From Mycobacteriales bacterium (GTDB taxonomy: Bacteria; Actinomycetota; Actinomycetes; JAFAQI01): 64,000 nt of DNA. Both the position numbers and the translations under genes were made by a program. This document shows positions 20,404-29,567 of the stretch, in pieces. A model generated the notes under the pieces. It saw nothing but the letters and a program-made list of their open reading frames with translations. It did no database searches and had not been told where the DNA came from. The stretch spans positions 1,989-65,988 of the forward strand of contig DATAVK010000056.1 of the NCBI GenBank assembly GCA_036267755.1. The letters are read 5' to 3'. The first letter of the stretch is position 1. Each line of letters begins with the position of its first letter.

Positions 20404-21939
20404 TCAGCCCAGCGCGCCTGTCACACCTTCGGCGGCGGCGAGCAGCGAGCCGTCCCGCACCCCCACGACGGCGGCCTCGATCTCCGGGGCCAGGTGACGG
20501 TCCGGTCCGACCCCAGGCACCGTTCGCCGCAGCTCCCCGACCACCGCCGCGGCGGCCGGTCCGGGCTGTAGCGGCGACCGCAGGTCCAGCGCCCGGGCCG
20601 CGGTGAGCACCTCGATCGCCAGCACTCGCGTCAGGCCGTCGAGCGAGCGCCGCAGCTTGCGCGCCGCCGACCAGCCCATCGAGACGTGGTCCTCCTGCAT
20701 CGCCGACGACGGGATGGAGTCGACGCTGGCGGGCGCGGCGAGCCGCTTGAGCTCGCTCACGATCCCCGCCTGGGTGTACTGCGCGATCATGTGGCCACTG
20801 TCGACGCCGGGCTCCCCGGCCAGGAACGGCGGCAGGCCGTGGGAACGGGCCCGGTCGAGCATCCGGTCGGTGCGCCGTTCCGAGATCGAGGCCAGGTCCG
20901 CGATCGCGATGGCCAGGAAGTCGAGCACGTAGGCGACCGGCGCGCCGTGGAAGTTGCCGTTGGACTCGACCCTGCCGTCCGGGAGGACGACCGGGTTGTC
21001 GATGGCAGAGGCCAGCTCGTACGACGCGACCCGCCGCGCGTGGTCCAGGGTGTCCCGGCAGGCGCCGGCGACCTGGGGTGCGCAGCGCAGCGAGTAGGCG
21101 TCCTGCACCCGGGTGTCCTCGGGGCCGGCGTGGGACGCGACGATCGGCGAGCCGCCGAGCAAGGTCCGCAGGTTGGCCGCGGAGACGGCTTGGCCGGGCT
21201 GCGGCCGCAGCGCCTGCAGGTCGGCGGCGAAGACCCGGTCGGTGCCCATCAACGCCTCGATGCTCATCGCCGCAGCCAGGTCCGCGGTCGTGATGAGCCG
21301 AGCCAGGTCGGTGCAACCGAGGACCAGCATGCCGAGCATCCCGTCGGTGCCGTTGAGCATCGCGAGACCCTCCTTCTCGGCGAGCGTCACCGGCTCCAGC
21401 GCAGCGGCTTCGAGCGCCTGGCCGGCGGGCACGAGTGCGCCGGAGCGACCGAGGACGTGGCCCTCACCCATCAGCGCTAGAGCGCAGGCGGCGAGCGGCG
21501 CCAGGTCGCCACTGCAGCCGAGTGAGCCGTACTCCGGGACGACCGGCGTGAGGCCCGCGTTGAGCAGCCCGACCATCGCCTGTGCCGTCTGAGGCCTGGC
21601 ACCGGTGCGTCCGGTCGCGAGGGTGTGCAGCCGGAGCAGCATCATCGCCCGGACCACCTCGCGCTCGACCGGGTCGCCGCTGCCCGCGGCGTGCGAGCGG
21701 ACCAGCGAGCGCTGCAGGTCAGCGCGCCGGTCGAGCGGGATGTGCGTGGTGGCCAGCGCTCCGAAGCCGGTAGAGATCCCGTAGGCGGGCTGATCGGACG
21801 CCGCGAGGGCCTCGACATGTGCCCGGGACTCCGCCATCGCGGCGAGCGCCTCGTCGGAGAGGTGGACGACCTCGTCGTGGCGGGCCACGGCGACGACGGC
21901 CTCCGCCGACAGCGGCTCTGGGCTGATGACCACAGTCAC
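20404..21939 (-). CDS. hutH: Histidine ammonia-lyase
   Basis: 511 aa. The MIO-forming ASG triad lies in the context [13 protein letters not shown], and the protein is HAL/PAL-like throughout. Confidence 0.95.
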   Translation of the reverse strand: MTVVISPEPLSAEAVVAVARHDEVVHLSDEALAAMAESRAHVEALAASDQPAYGISTGFGALATTHIPLDRRADLQRSLVRSHAAGSGDPVEREVVRAMMLLRLHTLATGRTGARPQTAQAMVGLLNAGLTPVVPEYGSLGCSGDLAPLAACALALMGEGHVLGRSGALVPAGQALEAAALEPVTLAEKEGLAMLNGTDGMLGMLVLGCTDLARLITTADLAAAMSIEALMGTDRVFAADLQALRPQPGQAVSAANLRTLLGGSPIVASHAGPEDTRVQDAYSLRCAPQVAGACRDTLDHARRVASYELASAIDNPVVLPDGRVESNGNFHGAPVAYVLDFLAIAIADLASISERRTDRMLDRARSHGLPPFLAGEPGVDSGHMIAQYTQAGIVSELKRLAAPASVDSIPSSAMQEDHVSMGWSAARKLRRSLDGLTRVLAIEVLTAARALDLRSPLQPGPAAAAVVGELRRTVPGVGPDRHLAPEIEAAVVGVRDGSLLAAAEGVTGALG

Positions 21940-22751
21940 GGGTCGATCTCCTTGCTCCTGGTCGCGAAGACCTCGATGGCGCGGGTGGTGAGCGGCCCGG
22001 GAGCGGACGGCAGCGGCCCGCCGTCGACGGTCCGGATCGGCTGGACGTCACGAGTGCTGGAGGCCAGGAACGCCTCGTCGGCCTCGGCAAGTGCCGACAC
22101 CGGCAGCGCCCGCTCGTCGACGTCACCGAGCCATTCGACGATCAGCTCGCGGGTGATTCCCGGCAGGCAGCCGCTGTCCAGCGGCGGCGTGACGATCCGA
22201 CCACCGATCCCGACGAAGACGTTGCTGCCGGTTCCCTCGCACAGCTCGCCGCGAGTGTTGGCGAAGATCGCCTCGCTGGCGCCGAGCTCGACCGCCCGGG
22301 CCAGTGCGACGACGTTCTCGGCGTACGACGTCGTCTTGATGCCAGCGGTGGCCGAGTGCTCGTTGCGGGTCCAGGGGACGACCGCGACGGCCGCAGTGGC
22401 GTCCCAGCCGTGCCACGGGACGGAGGCGACCAGCAGGCTGGGTGACGCGTCGCCTCGACCCGAGCCGTACGGCGCGGGACCGCCGGTGAGCGTGATCCGG
22501 AGCCGGCTGAGCCCGACCTGACCGGCCGTCACGGCGGCGACCCCGGCCCGGACCGCGGCCTCGTCGAACTGCAGCCCCAGGCCGGTCGCGGAGGTGCGGA
22601 GCCGGCGCAGGTGGCGACTCAGCGCGAAGACCTCGCCGTCGACGACCTTGCAGGTCTCGAAGACACCGTCACCGACCACCAGGCCGTGGTCGTTCGCGCG
22701 GATGACCGCCGCGTCCTCGGCCACGAGCGACCCGTCGACCCACAGCGTCAT
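21936..22751 (-). CDS. pabC: Class IV aminotransferase-fold protein, probable aminodeoxychorismate lyase
   Basis: ATG 22751 forms an ATGA overlap with the upstream stop. The sequence has a fold-type IV PLP pattern (HGLVVGDGVFET, catalytic Lys region, TTSYAENV). It is paired with a chorismate-binding protein. Confidence 0.7.
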   Translation of the reverse strand: MTLWVDGSLVAEDAAVIRANDHGLVVGDGVFETCKVVDGEVFALSRHLRRLRTSATGLGLQFDEAAVRAGVAAVTAGQVGLSRLRITLTGGPAPYGSGRGDASPSLLVASVPWHGWDATAAVAVVPWTRNEHSATAGIKTTSYAENVVALARAVELGASEAIFANTRGELCEGTGSNVFVGIGGRIVTPPLDSGCLPGITRELIVEWLGDVDERALPVSALAEADEAFLASSTRDVQPIRTVDGGPLPSAPGPLTTRAIEVFATRSKEIDP

Positions 22752-23770
22752 CGCACCTCCAGCAGCCGGCTCGTCTTGAGCCGGGTCTCGTCCCACTCAC
22801 GGTCCGGGTCACTGCCCCAGGTGATCCCGGCGCCGGTGCCCAGACGGAGTCTGCCCTCCTGCCACTCGAAGGTGCGGATCGCCACCGCCAGTACGCCCCG
22901 TGTCGCGTCGGCATCCACCCAGCCCACCGCCCCGCAGTAGACCCCGCGGGGCTCGGGCTCGAGGCTGCGGATGATCTCCAGGGCGGCCGCCTTGGGAGCT
23001 CCCGACACCGACCCGGCCGGCATCGTGGCGGCCAGCAGGTCGGCCCAGCCGAGGCCGTCGCGCAGCTCCGCCTCGACCGTCGACACCAGGTGAACCAGGC
23101 CCGGGTGCCGCTCCTGGCGCAGCAGCCCGGTGACGGCGACCGAGCCGGTCTCGGCGACTCGGCCGAGGTCGTTGCGGACCAAGTCGACGATCATGACGTT
23201 CTCGGCGGCGTCCTTGGCGGTGAGGTCGGCGGGAGTCGCGCCGGTCCCCTTGATCGGCCCGGCCGCCACCTGGCGGCCGTCCCGGCGCAGCGACAGCTCC
23301 GGCGAGGCGCAGGCGACGTGCAGTCCGAGGTCGGGTACCGACACCGTGGCGGCGTACGGCGCGGGGTTGCCGCGGGCGAGCGCGGCGCCGAGGGCGCGCG
23401 GGTCCGGGTCCATGGCACATGAGAGCACCCGGCACAGGTTGACCTGGTAGACGTCGCCGGCCGCGATCCGCTCCCGGATCGTGCGAACGCCCGCCACATA
23501 GGACTCCCGCGGGAGTGTTGAGACCCATTGCGACGCTGCCGGTGGGTGCCACGGCGGCGCGGCGTCGTACCAGTCGTCCAGCGGCTGGCCCTCGGCGAAC
23601 CGCAGGCACTGCAGTCGGCCCTCGAAGGTCATCACGACGACCCACAGTCCCGCGGAGTCCAGCGCGGCGGGGTCGTCGGTCACGTCGACCAGGCCCGTCA
23701 GCAGCCGGCCGTCGACGACGGCCCAACCGTCCTGGGACATCACCGCTCCGCCACGCAGCGATGCTGGCAC
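22748..23770 (-). CDS. pabB: Chorismate-binding enzyme, short aminodeoxychorismate synthase component I-like
   Basis: 340 aa with motifs of the anthranilate/ADC synthase C-terminal domain (PIKGT, DAAENVMIVDLVRNDLG, GSVSGAPK, RGVYCGAVGW). The N-terminal region is short. An alternative Met lies at 23740. Confidence 0.75.
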   Translation of the reverse strand: MPASLRGGAVMSQDGWAVVDGRLLTGLVDVTDDPAALDSAGLWVVVMTFEGRLQCLRFAEGQPLDDWYDAAPPWHPPAASQWVSTLPRESYVAGVRTIRERIAAGDVYQVNLCRVLSCAMDPDPRALGAALARGNPAPYAATVSVPDLGLHVACASPELSLRRDGRQVAAGPIKGTGATPADLTAKDAAENVMIVDLVRNDLGRVAETGSVAVTGLLRQERHPGLVHLVSTVEAELRDGLGWADLLAATMPAGSVSGAPKAAALEIIRSLEPEPRGVYCGAVGWVDADATRGVLAVAIRTFEWQEGRLRLGTGAGITWGSDPDREWDETRLKTSRLLEVR

Positions 23771-23829
23771 GACGACGCTCCGTGTAGCATCGTCGTCGCG
23801 TTGAAGGGCCGCAATCCGGCCCTGTGCGT

Positions 23830-23902
23830 GCGGACGTAGCGCAGCTGGTAGCGCATCACCTTGCCAAGGTGAGGGTCGCGGGTTCGAATCCCGTCGTCCG
23901 CT
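23830..23902 (+). tRNA. tRNA-Gly (anticodon GCC)
   Basis: Sequence GCGGACGTAGCGCAGCTGGTAGCGCATCACCTTGCCAAGGTGAGGGTCGCGGGTTCGAATCCCGTCGTCCGCT. The acceptor is GCGGACG/CGTCCGC and the anticodon loop is TTGCCAA. Confidence 0.93.
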
Positions 23903-23938
23903 CGATGACGTCCCTGTGGCGTCGTTTTACCACTAGAT

Positions 23939-24010
23939 GGCGGGATGGCCGAGTGGCTTAGGCAAGGGCCTGCAAAGCCCTGTACGCGGGTTCGATTCCC
24001 GCTCCCGCCT
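23939..24010 (+). tRNA. tRNA-Cys (anticodon GCA)
   Basis: Sequence GGCGGGATGGCCGAGTGGCTTAGGCAAGGGCCTGCAAAGCCCTGTACGCGGGTTCGATTCCCGCTCCCGCCT. The anticodon loop is CTGCAAA. Confidence 0.93.
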
Positions 24011-24022
24011 CGTAACACCTTC

Positions 24023-24096
24023 GGGCGATTGGCGCAGTCTGGTAGCGCGCTTCCTTGACACGGAAGAGGTCACAGGTTCAAGTCCTGTATCGCCCA
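24023..24096 (+). tRNA. tRNA-Val (anticodon GAC), genomically encoded CCA follows (to 24099)
   Basis: Sequence GGGCGATTGGCGCAGTCTGGTAGCGCGCTTCCTTGACACGGAAGAGGTCACAGGTTCAAGTCCTGTATCGCCCA. The anticodon loop is TTGACAC. Confidence 0.93.
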
Positions 24097-24174
24097 CCAT
24101 TACGTCGAGTGCGACGCTTATGTCGTTACCCGCTACGAGTAAGGACACCGGCGTCACACTCGACGCGATTGGCG

Positions 24175-26043
24175 TCAGAACTGGGTGGGGCGGCTGGTGC
24201 CGAGCACCTGTCCGGTCGCCGAGAGCGACTGCACCTCCACAACGCCGCTCGGGCGGCGCAACCGGAGGTGGGTCTCGAAGCCGGACCGCTTGACCGTCCG
24301 GATCGGATGCAGCTGCGACACGCTCGGGCCGGTGAGCAGCTGCCAGCGCTGCGTGCGGGTGTCGCCGTTCCAGCTGACGGCCACCGCCTGGTGACCATTG
24401 CGTTGAGTCACGGCGATGGCGGGCTTCGTCAACGGGATGCCGGTCCACGAGATCCGGAAGAACCGGTACGACGTAACGGTGGCAGGGAAGGCCGCGTTCC
24501 ACACCTCCACGCCGGCGGCATTGAACTCCGTCGCGGCCGCCTGGTCGCCCCAGCCGACCATGTAGTCGCCGTTAGGCAGCCCCTGCATGTTGCCCTGGCT
24601 GCCGCTGATCAACGGCGGCGTGTGGGTGTCCGACTGGGCCACCGACGCGGTGCGGTCGGCCTGGTCGACCTGCAGCACCAGGCCACGAGACTCCGGCTCG
24701 ACGCGTGGCGGCCCGCCGCCGTCGTCGAACAGCGAGATCACGTTGGGGCCGTGCCAGCGAGCATCGTGCTGGAAGTGGAAGGCAGCGCCGGGGCCGAGGG
24801 AGAAGCTGCTCTTCTTGCCGCCCAGCGTCCAGAGCACGTCACCGGTCGTCTCATCGACGTCATAGAGCGCGCTGGTGTTGCGTGCCGAGAACAACAACGT
24901 GCGGTTGGCACCGAAGTCGACGCTGTTGAGATGCACGTAGTCCCAGGCCCGAGTGGTGTTCTGGGGCGGGGGTACGACGGAAGCGTTCAGCGGGATGTGG
25001 TCGAGGGAGTTCCACTCGAACTCCACGAGCCCGGTCTTCACGTCGATCTCCTGGATCACCGGATCCAGCACGATGCTGTTCGGCTTGCCGCCGACCGGCG
25101 TCAGGTTCCACCGGATCGACTCGTACGCCGTGACGAAGGCGGTGCCCTGCGGCGTCAGCTGGAACTCGTGCAGGTCGACCATGGCGCCGTTGCCGGCGTG
25201 GACGGTCGCGACCACTTGGTAGTGGGAGTTGAGGATCTCCGCCACACCGAGCCCGTAGCCGTGCGAACCCTGGGTGAAGCCCTGCCAGTACGTCAGGACC
25301 GGCTTCCCGTCGTACCGCTGGACGTGGAGGTCGTTCGCCCCCGTGCCATCGGCCATCGCGCGGTCCCACACCGGGACCCCGCGGTCGTTGAGAATGAGCA
25401 GCTGCCCGGGCAGACCACCGTGCTTGGTCGCCAGCGCGACGTCCTGGTGGTCGGCGCTCGGCAGGTCCTTGGTGACCGTGATGACGGGTGGGTGCAGCCC
25501 CGGCGCCGAAGCGAAGTGCGAGCTGGGCGCGGGTGGCAGCGTCTTCGCCTTCGCCTTTTTCTTGGGGTGCGTGATGGGGTTCGTCTCTTGGGCCGGTTGT
25601 GCAACCCAGAACGAGAACACGCCGCGCCGGACGCCACGGATCGCGAGCGTGGTGTGAACGGTGACCCGCTCCCCTGGCGTGAACGGCGTCGTCGGCAGGA
25701 AGCTCCCCCCGCGGCCGTCGGAGTCGGCCTCCACCTCGCCGGAGTGCCGACCGCTGACCGACCCCCGCACGACCACGTTGTTGATCCGGTTGGGGTTGAT
25801 CCCGCGGAAGGTGATCTGGCTGGCGGGCAACGCGGTGCGGCTGCCGGGCTCGGGGAAGACCGTCACCGATCCGCTGTCGGCGGCGATGCTGTTGATCAGG
25901 TGGGGCGGCGTCGTGGGCCCTAAGAGCCCGGCACCCCCCTGGCCGGACGGTGAGTCACTCCCAGAGCAGGCAACCGCACAGGCCACCGTCAGTACGCCGA
26001 CCAGGGTGAACGAGACCCGGCGTACCGGGGAGGAGAGGGTCAT
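24175..26043 (-). CDS. Arylsulfotransferase (ASST)-family beta-propeller lipoprotein
   Basis: 622 aa. It has a lipobox (LTVACAVAC|S) and ASST-like blocks (DLHEFQLTPQGTAFVT, WDYVHLNSVD, FHFQHDARW). An N-terminal Ig-like extension and a Lys-rich linker precede the propeller. Confidence 0.75.
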   Translation of the reverse strand: MTLSSPVRRVSFTLVGVLTVACAVACSGSDSPSGQGGAGLLGPTTPPHLINSIAADSGSVTVFPEPGSRTALPASQITFRGINPNRINNVVVRGSVSGRHSGEVEADSDGRGGSFLPTTPFTPGERVTVHTTLAIRGVRRGVFSFWVAQPAQETNPITHPKKKAKAKTLPPAPSSHFASAPGLHPPVITVTKDLPSADHQDVALATKHGGLPGQLLILNDRGVPVWDRAMADGTGANDLHVQRYDGKPVLTYWQGFTQGSHGYGLGVAEILNSHYQVVATVHAGNGAMVDLHEFQLTPQGTAFVTAYESIRWNLTPVGGKPNSIVLDPVIQEIDVKTGLVEFEWNSLDHIPLNASVVPPPQNTTRAWDYVHLNSVDFGANRTLLFSARNTSALYDVDETTGDVLWTLGGKKSSFSLGPGAAFHFQHDARWHGPNVISLFDDGGGPPRVEPESRGLVLQVDQADRTASVAQSDTHTPPLISGSQGNMQGLPNGDYMVGWGDQAAATEFNAAGVEVWNAAFPATVTSYRFFRISWTGIPLTKPAIAVTQRNGHQAVAVSWNGDTRTQRWQLLTGPSVSQLHPIRTVKRSGFETHLRLRRPSGVVEVQSLSATGQVLGTSRPTQF

Positions 26044-26068
26044 GGTGTGGGGCCGGACCGCCCGATGC

Positions 26069-26305
26069 TCAGCGGTTGGTGGTGCCCGTGCCGGCGGAGG
26101 ACTCGACCGGCTTGAACTCGGTGACCGACTCCATGATCCCGGCGAAGTACCCCCCGATGCAGCCGGCGACGAACAGTCCGACGCCGATCCAGAACATCAC
26201 CCAGATCCACTCGATCAAGGCGATGCCACCCACGATGGTCCCGATGATGATGACGGCCGTGGCGAACCAGGTCGCGCCGCTTGCCCCGTGCCCGTTCCCG
26301 GCCAT
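26069..26305 (-). CDS. Small two-TM membrane protein, HGxxPAAW-family-like
   Basis: 78 aa. The N-terminus MAGNGHGASGATWFATAVIIIG resembles the HGxxPAAW signature and is followed by two TM helices. Confidence 0.6.
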   Translation of the reverse strand: MAGNGHGASGATWFATAVIIIGTIVGGIALIEWIWVMFWIGVGLFVAGCIGGYFAGIMESVTEFKPVESSAGTGTTNR

Positions 26306-26342
26306 CCCAAGTCCTCCTGCGTGGTCCCCTGTCGCCCGAAGC

Positions 26343-27290
26343 CTACGTGGCGTCGTTATCGCCCAGATGCAGCACCTGGGTCTGCGCGCTCGGGTACATC
26401 CGTTCGATCTCGTTGTTCAGCTCGGCCCCGAACAGGATGGCCAACGCAGTGAGGTACAGGAACAACAGCACGGCGACGGGAGCCGACAGCGGACCGTAGG
26501 TAGCGGTACGACGAAACGCCCAGGTGAGCCACTCGCGGAGCACGATCGAGCCGACCAGCCAGATCGCCATCGCGATGACCGCACCGGGCAGCGCCCGCCG
26601 CCAGGGGGCCCGGACCGGCACGGCCCGGTGGTAGAGCGTGGCGAGCAGGGTCAGCGTGACCCCGACCACCACCGGCCAGAAGGCGACCGTGACGATCCCG
26701 TGGATCACGCCGTGATCGTGCTCCGGGAACAGGTCGACCAGCTGGCCGGGCCCGAGCACCAGCAGCGGCAGCAGGACGATCGTCGCGAGCACGAACCCGA
26801 GGTAGAGCCGCAGTGCGAGCAACCGGCTGCGCACGGCGCTGCGACGCCCCCGCATCCCGTAGGCGATCGTGATCGTGTTGACGTAGGTCGCCATCGCCGA
26901 CGAGCCGGTCCACAGCGACACCACGAAGCTGATCGACACAACGTCCGCTCGGCCATCGGCAAGGATCCGGTGCAGCGCCGGCGCCACGGTGGACTGCACC
27001 GCGCTCTGCACGATCACATGTCCGAGACCGTTGTCGATCGTGCGCTGCAGGTCGTTGACGTTGGCCTTGCCGAGCACCCCGCTGAAGTAGCCGATCGTGC
27101 CGAGTACGGCGAGGATCAGCGAGGGCAACGACAGCAGCTGCCAGAACCCGGCTTCCGCGGCCAGCCCGAGCACCCGATCGTGCCAGGCCCGCTTGACCGC
27201 CGACACCGCGATCCTGCCGACAGCGACCGGAGCGCTGAGCTTGCGCGGGGGGCCCGAAGCCCGTTCCGCCGACTCAGCGACTGATGCCAT
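26343..27290 (-). CDS. YihY/BrkB-family membrane protein (start trimmed from 27629)
   Basis: Starts at internal ATG 27290 (MASVAESAERA...). It is 315 aa with 6 TM helices and carries the family motifs AAEAGFWQLLSLPS and LLFLYLTALAILFGAELN. Confidence 0.85.
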   Translation of the reverse strand: MASVAESAERASGPPRKLSAPVAVGRIAVSAVKRAWHDRVLGLAAEAGFWQLLSLPSLILAVLGTIGYFSGVLGKANVNDLQRTIDNGLGHVIVQSAVQSTVAPALHRILADGRADVVSISFVVSLWTGSSAMATYVNTITIAYGMRGRRSAVRSRLLALRLYLGFVLATIVLLPLLVLGPGQLVDLFPEHDHGVIHGIVTVAFWPVVVGVTLTLLATLYHRAVPVRAPWRRALPGAVIAMAIWLVGSIVLREWLTWAFRRTATYGPLSAPVAVLLFLYLTALAILFGAELNNEIERMYPSAQTQVLHLGDNDAT

Positions 27291-27317
27291 CCGCAAACGG
27301 TAGAGCCAACCGGCTGG

Positions 27318-28949
27318 TTGACTGGTGCAATGGCTGCGACGCATGACGTGGACAACCAGCCGCCACCGCTGGCCGGGTACGACGTGTTCACCGCCGATGC
27401 GGCGTTGGTGGAGGGTGTCGACCGGCACAGCGCCAGCTGGGCGACCGACCGGCTCAGCGCGCTGGGCCGGCGGGCCGGCAGCGACGAGGCCCAGGAATGG
27501 GGCCGGCTGGCCAACGTGAACCCCCCGGTGCTGCGCACCCACGACCGCTACGGGCACCGCATCGACGAGGTCGACTTCCACCCGTCGTGGCACTCGCTCA
27601 TGACGGTCGCCATCTCGGAGGGACTGCACGCCTCGTCGTGGCTGTCCCCGGGACCCGGCGCCCAGGTCGCCCGAGCCGCCGGGTTTGCGGTCTGGTCACA
27701 GGTCGAAGGAGGTCACGGCTGCCCCATCTCGATGACCCACGCCGCGATTCCCGCGCTGCGCACCGACGAAGCGCTCGCCGCCGAGTGGGAGCCGCGGCTG
27801 CTCTCGACGACGTACGACCCTGGGCTGCGGCCCCCGCAGAACAAGGCCGGATCCCTGGCCGGGATGGGCATGACCGAGAAGCAAGGTGGCTCGGACGTCA
27901 GGACCAATACGACGCGGGCCGTGCCCGCCGCCGACGGGACCTACCGGCTCACCGGCCACAAGTGGTTCACCTCGGCGCCGATGTGCGACGTCTTCCTGAT
28001 GCTGGCCCAGGCACCGGGCGGTCTCACCTGTTTCGTCGTACCTCGGGTGCTGCCCGACGGCACCCGGAACACCTTCCGGATCCAGCGGCTCAAGGACAAG
28101 CTCGGCAACCGGTCCAACGCCTCCAGCGAGCCGGAGCTTGAGGACACCGTCGCCTGGCGGCTCGGCGACGAGGGCCGTGGCGTCCCCACGATCATTGAAA
28201 TGGTCGGCGCAACCCGGTTGGACTGCGTGATCGGCTCGACGTCGCTGATGCGCGCGGCGGTCGCGCAGGCCACCCACCACGCGGCTTATCGGCGCGCGTT
28301 CGGCCAGCGGCTCGCCGACCAGCCGTTGATGCGTCACGTCCTCGCCGACCTCGCCGTTGAGTCCGAGGCCGCCACCGCACTGATGGTGCGGCTTGCGGCA
28401 GCGGTCGATGACGACGAGCGCGACTTCCGCCGGCTCGCCACGGCGGTCGGTAAGTACTGGGTGTGCAAGCGGGGGCCGGCGGTCGCGGCCGAGGCGCTGG
28501 AGTGCCTGGGCGGCAACGGGTACGTCGAGGACTTCCCGATGGCTCGGCTCTACCGCGAGGCGCCGCTGAACTCCATCTGGGAGGGATCGGGCAACGTCAA
28601 CGCCCTCGACGTGCTGCGGGCACTGAGCCGTTCGCCGGGCGCCTGGGAGGCGTTCCGGGCCGAGATCGGGCTCGCGCTCGGCGCCGACCCTCGCCTCGAC
28701 GCGGCGTTCGCCGAACTGGAGACCGCGCTCGCCGACACCTCGTCGATCGAGGTCCGCGCTCGCCGCCTCGTCGAGCGGATGGCCCTGGTGCTGCAGGCGT
28801 CGCTGCTCATCCGCAGCGCCCCGCCGTACGTCGCGGACGCGTTCTGCGCGTCGCGGTTGAGCGGTGACTGGGGGTACGCGTTCGGGACGTTGCCCGCTGG
28901 GGTCGACAGCGGCGCCATCGTCGAGCGCGCGACCCCCAAGGTGGCCTGA
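27318..28949 (+). CDS. AidB-like acyl-CoA dehydrogenase family protein
   Basis: 543 aa. It has an ACAD fold with an N-terminal extension (MGMTEKQGGSDV, KWFTSAP, ECLGGNGYVE), as in AidB. Confidence 0.88.
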   Translation: MTGAMAATHDVDNQPPPLAGYDVFTADAALVEGVDRHSASWATDRLSALGRRAGSDEAQEWGRLANVNPPVLRTHDRYGHRIDEVDFHPSWHSLMTVAISEGLHASSWLSPGPGAQVARAAGFAVWSQVEGGHGCPISMTHAAIPALRTDEALAAEWEPRLLSTTYDPGLRPPQNKAGSLAGMGMTEKQGGSDVRTNTTRAVPAADGTYRLTGHKWFTSAPMCDVFLMLAQAPGGLTCFVVPRVLPDGTRNTFRIQRLKDKLGNRSNASSEPELEDTVAWRLGDEGRGVPTIIEMVGATRLDCVIGSTSLMRAAVAQATHHAAYRRAFGQRLADQPLMRHVLADLAVESEAATALMVRLAAAVDDDERDFRRLATAVGKYWVCKRGPAVAAEALECLGGNGYVEDFPMARLYREAPLNSIWEGSGNVNALDVLRALSRSPGAWEAFRAEIGLALGADPRLDAAFAELETALADTSSIEVRARRLVERMALVLQASLLIRSAPPYVADAFCASRLSGDWGYAFGTLPAGVDSGAIVERATPKVA

Positions 28950-28958
28950 GCGCTCGAC

Positions 28959-29567
28959 GTGGGAGCAGAACCCGCGGAGCTGGTCATGGTCGACGCCACG
29001 GCCTGGCGCGGCTGGCTTGAGGAGTACCACGAGACACCCGCCGGCGTCTGGCTGGTCCTGGCCCGCAAGGGCACGGTGTCACCGACGTCGCTGACCCATG
29101 ACGAGGCCCTCGACGAGGCGCTGTGCCACGGCTGGATCGACGGCCAGACCAAGCGCCGGGACGACGCGACGTTCCGGCAGCGCTTCACCCCGCGCCGCGC
29201 CCGCAGCACGTGGTCGCTGCGCAACATCGAGCATGTCGAGCGGCTCGCCGGGCAGGGCCGGATGCACCCAGCCGGGGTTGCCGAGGTCGATCGTGCCAAG
29301 GCGGACGGCCGGTGGGAGGCGGCGTACGCCGGACCCGCCACGATCGAGGTGCCGCCCGATCTTGTCGACGCGCTCGCCGTGTCACCCGACGCCGCGGCGA
29401 TGTTCGACTCCCTGACCAGCCAGAACCGTTACGCGATCCTGTTCCGACTCGGTGGCGCGAAGCGGCCCGAAACCCGAGCCCGTCGTCTCACCTCGTTCAT
29501 CGAGATGCTCGAGCGCGGCGAGACGATCCACCCGCAGCGACCTCAGCGTCGCGACACGACCACGTAG
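28959..29567 (+). CDS. YdeI/OmpD-associated family protein
   Basis: 202 aa. The patterns W..WL......GVWL...KK and the C-terminal NRYAILFRL..AKRPETRARR are typical of the family. Confidence 0.75.
   Translation: MGAEPAELVMVDATAWRGWLEEYHETPAGVWLVLARKGTVSPTSLTHDEALDEALCHGWIDGQTKRRDDATFRQRFTPRRARSTWSLRNIEHVERLAGQGRMHPAGVAEVDRAKADGRWEAAYAGPATIEVPPDLVDALAVSPDAAAMFDSLTSQNRYAILFRLGGAKRPETRARRLTSFIEMLERGETIHPQRPQRRDTTT

Noticed and set aside
18707-21316. Over-extended 5' ends on the track. Examples are hutU as 869 aa, hutI to 18953, the oxidoreductase as 828 aa (60217-62703), YihY to 27629, the methyltransferase to 30586, glgX from 30071, pdxT to 6838 and pgsA to 11050.
   Set aside because: The extensions overlap the upstream gene in another frame and translate to Arg/Pro-rich sequence. 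Internal starts restore family-typical lengths and give 4-nt start/stop overlaps or SD sequences.
23740-24502. ORFs running across the tRNA genes (23740-24018, 23933-24502, 23937-24293, and 16815-17003 over tRNA-Val).
   Set aside because: These regions fold into canonical cloverleaves with proper anticodon loops. The ORFs are by-products of the tRNA sequence.
24055-25923. Long antisense ORFs opposite recognised genes. Examples are 24055-25923 (+), which at 622 aa is the same length as the ASST gene it mirrors, plus 10996-12717, 27696-29030, 32341-33795, 34853-36391, 37820-39244, 49799-51709 and 6303-7559.
   Set aside because: They are typical high-GC shadow frames. Their translations are Arg/Gly/Pro/Asp-rich with no motifs. 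Each lies opposite a gene with unambiguous family signatures and correct third-position G/C bias.
23771-26305. A genomic island integrated at the tRNA cluster.
   Set aside because: I found no integrase, excisionase or transposase ORF, and no direct repeat of a tRNA 3' end downstream. Only the weak context argument is retained, as a low-interest finding.
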